In this document: piece by piece, positions 57,686 through 64,000 of the stretch
Layout: the number at the start of each line of letters is the position of its first letter
Position numbering within the stretch: the stretch's first letter is position 1
From: an uncultured Alphaproteobacteria bacterium
Lineage (GTDB): Bacteria > Pseudomonadota > Alphaproteobacteria > Rhodobacterales > Rhodobacteraceae
Reading direction: 5' to 3'
NCBI GenBank assembly: GCA_963729425.1
Contig: CAVSOF010000026.1
Location: 515,451-579,450 of the forward strand
DNA: 64,000 bases
Program-made: the position numbers and the translations under genes
Notes under the pieces: generated by a model
What the model saw: the letters and a program-made list of their open reading frames with translations, nothing else
The model's database searches: none
What the model was told of the DNA's origin: nothing

Positions 57686-58528
57686 TCACCCCGCCTCGGC
57701 CGCGTCCCGCACGCCGAGCGGGTCGAGGTCGCGGGGCGCCGCGCCCTCCGCCTGCGCCCGCCAGTCGAGCACGCGCCGCAGCAGGACCGCGCGCCCGACG
57801 CAGACGATCGCGGGCGGCTCCAGCCCTGCTTCGTCAACGGCTTGCGCGGCGTCTTTCAGGCAGGTCTCGATGGTGCGCTGCCCCTCGAGCGTCGCGGTGG
57901 TGGTGATCGCGACCGGCTCGTCGGGCGAGCGTCCCCCGGCCATCAGCGTCTGAGCGATGGCCGCCAAGTGCTTGATCCCCATGTAGATCACGATCACCTG
58001 CGACCCCCGTGCGATCGCCTCCCAGTCGAGCGCCGCGGGCGCCTCGCCGGTATGGTCGTGCCCGGTGACGAAGGTGACCGACTGGTTCACGTCGCGATGC
58101 GTCACCGGGATCCCCGCATAGGCCAGCCCCGCGATCCCCGCCGTCACCCCCGGCACGATCCGGATCGGCACCCCGTGCCGCACCAACGTCTGCGCCTCCT
58201 CACCGCCCCGCCCGAAGACGAACGGATCGCCGCCCTTAAGCCGAAGGACGCGGCGGCCCGCCCGCGCGAGCTCCACCAGCCGCAGCGAGATATCTCTTTG
58301 GAGATGCGAGGGTTTCCCGCCGCGCTTGCCCGCGTAGATCCGCTCGGCGCCGGGCGCCCAGTCGAGGATGCCCTCGTTGACGAGCGCATCGTAGACGACC
58401 ACGTCGGCCTGCCGCAGCGCGTTGAGCGCGTGCAGCGTGACCAGCCCCGGATCGCCCGGCCCCGCGCCGCAGAGCCAGACCCAGCCGGGCTCAAGCGCGG
58501 GCCAGTCGTGTCGGGGCAGGGGCTCCAT
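57686..58528 (-). CDS. cobA: Uroporphyrinogen-III C-methyltransferase
   Basis: VWLCGAGPGDPGL, VYDALV, GKRGGKPS, RLKGGDPFVFGRGGEE, PVTHR. Confidence 0.93.
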   Translation of the reverse strand: MEPLPRHDWPALEPGWVWLCGAGPGDPGLVTLHALNALRQADVVVYDALVNEGILDWAPGAERIYAGKRGGKPSHLQRDISLRLVELARAGRRVLRLKGGDPFVFGRGGEEAQTLVRHGVPIRIVPGVTAGIAGLAYAGIPVTHRDVNQSVTFVTGHDHTGEAPAALDWEAIARGSQVIVIYMGIKHLAAIAQTLMAGGRSPDEPVAITTTATLEGQRTIETCLKDAAQAVDEAGLEPPAIVCVGRAVLLRRVLDWRAQAEGAAPRDLDPLGVRDAAEAG

Positions 58529-58612
58529 CGCGCCCTTATGGCCCGCGCCCGGCCGGGGCGAAAGCCGCGACGCGACCATTGGCGGTCGCCCGGCGTCATG
58601 CGAGAACGGCGC

Positions 58613-59639
58613 ATGACCGCGCCCGCGCCGCTCCGCCGAGGCTGGACCACCGGCGCCTGCGCGACCGCCGCGCTGCGCGCCGCGCTGACGGGCGCGTGGG
58701 GCGGGACCGTGCCCGACCGCGTGAGCGTGACGCTGCCGCGCGGGGAGACGCCCGAGTTCGAGATCGCGCACGTCGCGCGCGGGCCGGGCTGGGTCGAGGC
58801 GGGCGTGGTCAAGGATGCGGGCGACGACCCGGACGTCACGCATGGCGCGCAGATCCGCGTCCGAGTGCGCGCGTCACCCGGCGGCGTCACGTTCCGCGCC
58901 GGAGAGGGCGTCGGCACCGTCACCCGGCCCGGCCTGCCGATCGGGGTGGGGCAACCCGCGATCAACCCGGTGCCGCGCTCGATGATGGACGAGGTCGTGG
59001 CCGAGCTTGCGGTGGCCCACGACCGCGCGCCCGACGTGGAGATCACCGTCTCGGTGCCCGGCGGCGCGGCGCTGGCGGCGCGGACGTGGAACCCGCGGCT
59101 CGGCATCGAGGGCGGCCTGTCGATCCTCGGGCACGACCGGCATCGTGCGGCCGTTTTCCTGCGCGGCGTGGATCGCGTCGATCCATCGCGGCGTGGACGT
59201 GGCGGTCGCGGGCGGGCTCGACCACGTCGCGGGCTGCACCGGGGCTACCTCGGAGCGCGTGGTGCAGGCGCTGCACGGGTTGCCCGACCACGCGATGCTG
59301 GACATGGGCGACTTCGCGGGCGGAATGCTCAAGTACCTGCGCCGCCATCCGGTCCGGCGCGTGACGGTGGGCGGCGGGATCGGCAAGATCGCGAAGCTCG
59401 CGCAGGGTGCGATGGACCTGCATTCGGGCCGTTCGCAGGTCGATCTGGCCCGGCTGTCGGACTGGGCCGGCGAGGACCTGACCGCGTGCAACACCGCGCT
59501 CGAGGCGGTGACGCGCGCGCCGCATCTCGCGCCGCGGGTCGCGGAGGCGGCGCGCGAGGTCGTGATGGGCATCGTCCCGGCGGAGGTCGACGTCGTGGTG
59601 ATCGACCGGGCGGGGCGGGTGCTCGGGCATGCCCGCTAG
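58613..59639 (+). CDS. cbiD: Cobalt-precorrin-5B C1-methyltransferase, apparent frameshift near 59130
   Basis: LRRGWTTGACATAA, KDAGDDPDVTHGA, AINPVPR, TWNPRLGIEGGLSILG / TTGIVRPFSC, GKIAKLAQGAMDLHS. Confidence 0.92.
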
Positions 59640-60354
59640 GGGACGCGTGCTGATCCTCGCGGGGACGGTGGAGGCGCGACGGGTCTGCGAGGCCTGCGCG
59701 GACCGCGACGTTCTCGCTTCGCTCGCCGGGCGGACCACCGGCGCCGCGCTGCCCGTGCCGGTGCGGATGGGCGGGTTCGGCGGGGACGAGGGGTTCCGCG
59801 CGGCCTTGCAAGGGGTCGCGGCGGTGCTCGACGCGACGCATCCGTTCGCGGCGCGGGTCGGCGCGCGCGCGGCGGCGATCTGCGTCGAGCGGGCCATCCC
59901 GTATCTGCGGCTGGCGCGGCCGGGCTTCGGCGCCGATCCGTCCTGGACCCGGCACGCGGACGCGGAGGCCTGCGCGGCGTCGCTGCCCGCGGGCGCGCGC
60001 GTCCTGCTGACCGTCGGGCCGGGCGGAGTGGATCCGTTCCTCGGTCAGTTGTCGACGCTCTGGTGCCGCGCGATCGAGCGGCCGCCCGCGCGGGACGGGG
60101 TCGAGTGGATCGTCGGGCGGCCCTCCGACGACGCGGGAAAGGAGGCGGCGACGATGCGCGATCGGGGGATCACCCATCTCGTCACCAAGGACAGCGGCGG
60201 GTCGCGGGCAAAGCTGGACGCGGCGGCGATGCTCGCGATAGCCGTCCACGTCATCGACCGGCCGCCGCCCGGCCCGGGGGAGGAGACCCATGACCTCGAC
60301 CGCGCCGCGGCCTTCGTCCGCGCCCATTCCCGCCCCCATCCTCGCGGACGATGA
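59629..60354 (+). CDS. cobK: Precorrin-6A/cobalt-precorrin-6A reductase
   Basis: LILAGTVEAR, SLAGRT, GGFGG, DATHPFAA, LVTKDSGG, KLDAA, IDRP. Confidence 0.9.
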   Translation: MPARGRVLILAGTVEARRVCEACADRDVLASLAGRTTGAALPVPVRMGGFGGDEGFRAALQGVAAVLDATHPFAARVGARAAAICVERAIPYLRLARPGFGADPSWTRHADAEACAASLPAGARVLLTVGPGGVDPFLGQLSTLWCRAIERPPARDGVEWIVGRPSDDAGKEAATMRDRGITHLVTKDSGGSRAKLDAAAMLAIAVHVIDRPPPGPGEETHDLDRAAAFVRAHSRPHPRGR

Positions 60355-60956
60355 CGCGGTGGCGAGGGGAGCGGACCACCTCGCCCGCGCCGATCCGCGC
60401 CTCGCCGCCGCGCTCGACGGTCATCGGCCGGCCGCCGCTGCGCCGCCGGGAGGACGGCTACGCCGCGGTGATGGGCGCGATCGTCGGGCAGCAGGTCAGC
60501 GTCGCCTCGGCCCGCGCGATCCTCGCGCGCTGCGAGGTGGCGGGGCTGGGCGATCCGGCGGTGGCCGCGCTGGCGGACGACGAGGCGATGCGCGCCTGCG
60601 GGCTGTCGCGGCAGAAGATCCGCTACCTGCGTGCGCTCGCCGTGGCCGGGATCGACTACGGCGCGCTGCGGCGGGCCACGACGGAGGAGGTCGTGGCCGT
60701 GCTGACCGCGGTGCCCGGCGTGGGACGCTGGACCGCCGAAATCTACGCGATGTTCTCGCTCGGCCATGCCGACGTGTTCCCCGCAAACGACCTCGCGCTG
60801 CAGGAGGGCACGCGGCTCGCGCTCGACCTGCCGGAGCGGCCCAAGGAGCGGGCGATGCGCGAGATCGCGGCGGCCTGGGCGCCGTGGCGGTCGGTTGCCG
60901 CGCTGCTGCTGTGGGAATACTACGCGCACGCCAAGGGCAGGGAGGGCACGGCATGA
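60290..60956 (+). CDS. DNA-3-methyladenine glycosylase II (AlkA family), apparent frameshift near 60418
   Basis: ADPRLA / IVGQQVSVASA.AI, GLSRQK, HhH GVGRWTAEIYAMF.LG..DVFP..DLALQ, WAPWRSVAA..LW. RBS AGGAG lies inside cobK. Confidence 0.85.
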
Positions 60957-61609
60957 CGCTCAAGTCTACGCGACGCGGGCCCGACGCCCCCGAGCGGCTG
61001 GTCGTGCTGCTGCACGGCTACGGCGCGAACGCGGCCGACCTGATCGGGCTCGCCGACCCGCTGATGCCGCATCTGCCTGGCACGGCCTTCGTGGCGCCCG
61101 ATGCGCCCGAGGCCTGCGCGGGCGCGCCGATGGGATTCCAGTGGTTCCCGATCCCGTGGATCGACGGCTCCTCGGAAGAAGACTCGATGGCGGGCATGGA
61201 GCGCGCGATCGGCGACCTGTCGGATTGGCTCGACGCGACGATGGCGCGCGAGGGCGTGGCGGCCGGGCAGGTCGCGCTCTTGGGGTTCAGTCAGGGCACG
61301 ATGATGGCGCTGCACGTGGCGCCGCGCCGCGACGACGCGCTGGCCGGCGTGGTCGCGTTCTCCGGGCGCCTGCTCTCGCCCGAGACGCTGGCCGAGGAGG
61401 CGCGGACGCGGCCGCCGGTGCTGCTGGTGCATGGCGACGCGGACGAGGTGGTGCCCGTGGCCTCGCTCCCGGCCGCGGCGGAGGCGCTGGAGGCGGCCGG
61501 GTTCGAGCGCGTCTTCGCGCACGTCATGGAGGGGACCGGGCACGGGATCGCGCCCGACGGGCTGCAGGTCGCGCTCGCTTTCCTGCGCGACGTGTTCGGC
61601 ATCGAGTAA
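60953..61609 (+). CDS. Phospholipase/carboxylesterase family alpha/beta hydrolase
   Basis: LLHGYGANAADL, APDAP, GFQWF, GFSQG, HGDADEVVP, GHGI. Confidence 0.9.
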   Translation: MTLKSTRRGPDAPERLVVLLHGYGANAADLIGLADPLMPHLPGTAFVAPDAPEACAGAPMGFQWFPIPWIDGSSEEDSMAGMERAIGDLSDWLDATMAREGVAAGQVALLGFSQGTMMALHVAPRRDDALAGVVAFSGRLLSPETLAEEARTRPPVLLVHGDADEVVPVASLPAAAEALEAAGFERVFAHVMEGTGHGIAPDGLQVALAFLRDVFGIE

Positions 61610-61672
61610 CGGCGGCCTCCGGGCTTCGCGAAACCGTCACCCGGATGCGCCATCCTGCCCCCATCTAGACGC

Positions 61673-61700
61673 TTGTAAGCGTTCGACGCCCAGATATAGT
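61673..61700 (+). promoter_or_regulatory. Sigma70-type promoter of the HNH gene
   Basis: TTGTAA-N16-TATAGT about 70 bp upstream of the ATG. Confidence 0.5.
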
Positions 61701-61769
61701 CGCCCGCGACGCGCCCGGCGGCACGGTGGGAGCCGGTCGGTCGGGCGCCGGGATGGGGAGTGCCGCGCG

Positions 61770-62384
61770 ATGTCCGCCCTGGTGGAGACGACGGACGAGG
61801 GCGCGGCGGACTTCCGGTCCGAGTTCACCCGCGATCCCGCCGGGCTGCGCCAGTTCCCCGCGCTCGTGCTCAACGCCGATTACCGTCCGCTGAGCTACTA
61901 CCCGCTCTCGCTCTGGCCGTGGCAGGACGCGGTGAAGGCCGTGTTCCTCGACCGCGTGACGATCGTGAGCGAGTACGAGGAGGTCGTCCGCTCGCCGTCG
62001 ACCACGATCCGCATTCCTTCGGTGGTGGTGCTCAAGGACTACGTCGCGCCGCAGAAGACGGTGGCGTTCACGCGGTTCAACCTGTTCCTGCGAGACGCGT
62101 TCCGGTGCCAGTATTGCGGGGCGCAGAGCGACCTGACATTCGACCATGTCGTTCCGCGCTCGCGAGGCGGCGTCACGTCGTGGGAGAACGTCGTCGCGGC
62201 CTGCGGGCGCTGCAACCTCAAGAAGGGGTCGCGGTCGCTTAGGCAGGTGGGCTTCACGCTGCGGCGCGCGCCGCGGCGGCCGGAGGCGGGGCAGCTTATG
62301 AACCTCGGCCGCAAGTTCCCGCCGAACCATCTGCACGAGAGCTGGATGGACTACCTCTACTGGGACGCCGAGCTGGAGGCCTGA
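61770..62384 (+). CDS. Conserved HNH endonuclease family protein
   Basis: ALVLNADYRPLSYYPLSLW, FTRFNLFLRD.F.CQYCG, LTFDHVVPRSRGG, WENVVAAC..CN..KG. Confidence 0.92.
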   Translation: MSALVETTDEGAADFRSEFTRDPAGLRQFPALVLNADYRPLSYYPLSLWPWQDAVKAVFLDRVTIVSEYEEVVRSPSTTIRIPSVVVLKDYVAPQKTVAFTRFNLFLRDAFRCQYCGAQSDLTFDHVVPRSRGGVTSWENVVAACGRCNLKKGSRSLRQVGFTLRRAPRRPEAGQLMNLGRKFPPNHLHESWMDYLYWDAELEA

Positions 62385-62394
62385 GGCGAGCCCG

Positions 62395-63636
62395 TCACGA
62401 CCCTGCTCCGAGCCGGGTCGCGAGCCGCCCGACGGTGAGGCCTTGGACGATGATCGAGAACAGCACGACGAAGTAGGTGCAGGTCAGCATCAGCGGCTTC
62501 CACTCCGTCTCCGGCAGCGACAGCACCAGCGCGACCGATATGCCGCCCTTGAGGCCGCCCCAGGTCATGATCCGCGTGACCCCGTCCTCCATCCGCTCCG
62601 AGAACGGCTTGAGGAGGTGGATCGGCACGGCGACGGCGGCGAAGCGCGCGACGAGGTGGAGCGCGATGGCGGCGAGGCCGGCGGCGATCGTGCCGGCGTC
62701 GAACGCGACGGCGAAGACCTCCACGCCGATGAGGAGGAACAGAACGGCGTTCAGGATCTCGTCGATCAGCGTCCAGAAGGTGTCGACATGCGCGCGCGTG
62801 TCCGCGGACATGCCGTAGCGCGTGCCCACGTCGCCGATTAGCAGCCCCGCGACGACGGCCATGATCGGTGCGGAGACATGGAGCCAGACCGCGAGCTGGT
62901 AGCCGCCGAACGCGAGCGCGAGCGTGATCAGCACTTCGAGCGGCGGGTCGTCGATGCGCCGCATCAGGCGGAACGCGACGAAGCCCAGGAGCCCGCCAAG
63001 CGCCGCGCCGCCGAACGCCTCCTGCGCGAAGAGGAGCGCGGCGCCCGACAGGCCCGATCCGTGCGCGTCGCCGGTCGGGAAGGCGATGCCCACGAGGACG
63101 AGGAACACGACGTAGCCCACGCCGTCGTTGAAGAGCGACTCGCCCGCGATCTTGGTCTCGAGCGTCTTGGGCAGCGACGCGGCGCGCAGGACGCCCAGCA
63201 CGGCGACGGGATCGGTGGGCGAGATCAGCGCGCCGAAGACGAGCGCGATCAGGATCGGCGCGCCCGTGATCCAACTGAAGCCCACGCCCGCAATGGCCGT
63301 CGAGATCGCGACCCCGAGCGTCGCCATCAGAAGCACCAGGAGCCATTCGCGCTTCAGGTCGGCGACCTTCACGTGGAGCGCGCCGGCGAAGAGGAGGAGG
63401 CCCAGCATCCCCTCGAGCAGCGCGTCGGAGAAATCGATGCCGCGCACCACGCGCCGCGCCTCGTCGGCCATGCCGATGCCCGGCGCGAGCGCGTCGACCG
63501 CGAGCAGAGCGACGCTCGCCACGAGGGCGACGATCAGGATGCCGATGGCCGAGGGCAGGCGAAGCGTCAGGTGGTTGATCGCGCCGAATACGCCCGCGAG
63601 CACGATCAGGAGGGAAGTGATCTGTAGCAGGTCCAT
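62395..63636 (-). CDS. Na+/H+ antiporter (CPA1/NhaP family)
   Basis: LLFAGALH, FGALISPTDPVAV, IAGESLFNDG, MTWGGLKGGISVAL, SIIVQGLT. Confidence 0.92.
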   Translation of the reverse strand: MDLLQITSLLIVLAGVFGAINHLTLRLPSAIGILIVALVASVALLAVDALAPGIGMADEARRVVRGIDFSDALLEGMLGLLLFAGALHVKVADLKREWLLVLLMATLGVAISTAIAGVGFSWITGAPILIALVFGALISPTDPVAVLGVLRAASLPKTLETKIAGESLFNDGVGYVVFLVLVGIAFPTGDAHGSGLSGAALLFAQEAFGGAALGGLLGFVAFRLMRRIDDPPLEVLITLALAFGGYQLAVWLHVSAPIMAVVAGLLIGDVGTRYGMSADTRAHVDTFWTLIDEILNAVLFLLIGVEVFAVAFDAGTIAAGLAAIALHLVARFAAVAVPIHLLKPFSERMEDGVTRIMTWGGLKGGISVALVLSLPETEWKPLMLTCTYFVVLFSIIVQGLTVGRLATRLGAGS

Positions 63637-63646
63637 CCCGGTGCCC

Positions 63647-64000
63647 CTAATCCGATGCGCCGGGGATGTCGAAGCCCGGCGGCGCGAGCTCGAAGCCCTC
63701 GTAGCGGAAGCCGGGAGCGACGGTGCAGGCGACGAGGGACCAGGCGCCGCGCGTGGCGGCGGCCTGCCAATGGTGCGCGGGCACGCATGCCTGCCGCGCC
63801 TCGCCGATGCCGTGGCCCAGGGCGGTGGCGGTCGCCGGTCCGGCCGCGTCCGACGAGCGGCGCAACGTCAGCGCCGCGCCGGCGAGGTAGAGCCAGCTCT
63901 CCTCCGCGTCGATCCGGTGCCAATGGCTTGGCTGGCCCGCGCGCAGCAGGAAATGGATCACCGTCCAGGCCGGGCGGGCGCCGGGCGATGTGGGGGCGGC
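63647..64000 (-). CDS. DUF985 cupin family protein, 5'-partial
   Basis: IHFLL..G..SHWHRID..E.W, VPAHHWQAA, WSLVACTVAPGF.YEGFELAP. Confidence 0.85.
   Translation of the reverse strand, partial: AAPTSPGARPAWTVIHFLLRAGQPSHWHRIDAEESWLYLAGAALTLRRSSDAAGPATATALGHGIGEARQACVPAHHWQAAATRGAWSLVACTVAPGFRYEGFELAPPGFDIPGASD

Noticed and set aside
61770-62384. HNH as a homing endonuclease, IscB/Cas9 relic or restriction system
   Set aside because: Matches the short conserved housekeeping HNH family; host-like composition; no RuvC, intron, methyltransferase or repeats nearby.

Overview
A very GC-rich chromosomal segment of an alphaproteobacterium. Gene content and order (guaB-rsmB-cckA-recA-alaS, chpT-DUF3553-olsBA, iscR-iscS-sufBCD-yip1-sufS, xsc-soeABC) point to Rhodobacterales (Rhodobacteraceae/Roseobacteraceae). 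It is mostly core genome: pyrD, thrS, guaB, recA, alaS, icd, the isc-suf operon, glnE, class II DAHP synthase, gmk, the CtrA phosphorelay genes cckA and chpT, ornithine-lipid genes, ctaA, a taurine/sulfite cluster (tpa, xsc, ackA, soeABC) and cobalamin genes (cobB, cobA, cbiD, cobK). I found no rRNA, tRNA, CRISPR array, transposase, integrase or phage gene. About a dozen single-base frameshifts, nearly all +1 and several in essential genes, look like long-read consensus errors. The most informative non-ORF signals are: three CtrA boxes (at cckA, at chpT beyond DUF3553, and at an uncharacterised PAS_5 gene); a LexA box at recA; an Irr/ICE-like palindrome inside the iscS coding sequence; a lower-GC orphan gene between sufB and sufC; a decaying Tat-signal Fe/Mn-SOD inside the taurine cluster, with changes mostly away from T/A; and several unexplained intergenic stretches. 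I do not see a clearly new multi-gene system. The findings are leads, not discoveries. All product calls come from motif recognition, not database searches.
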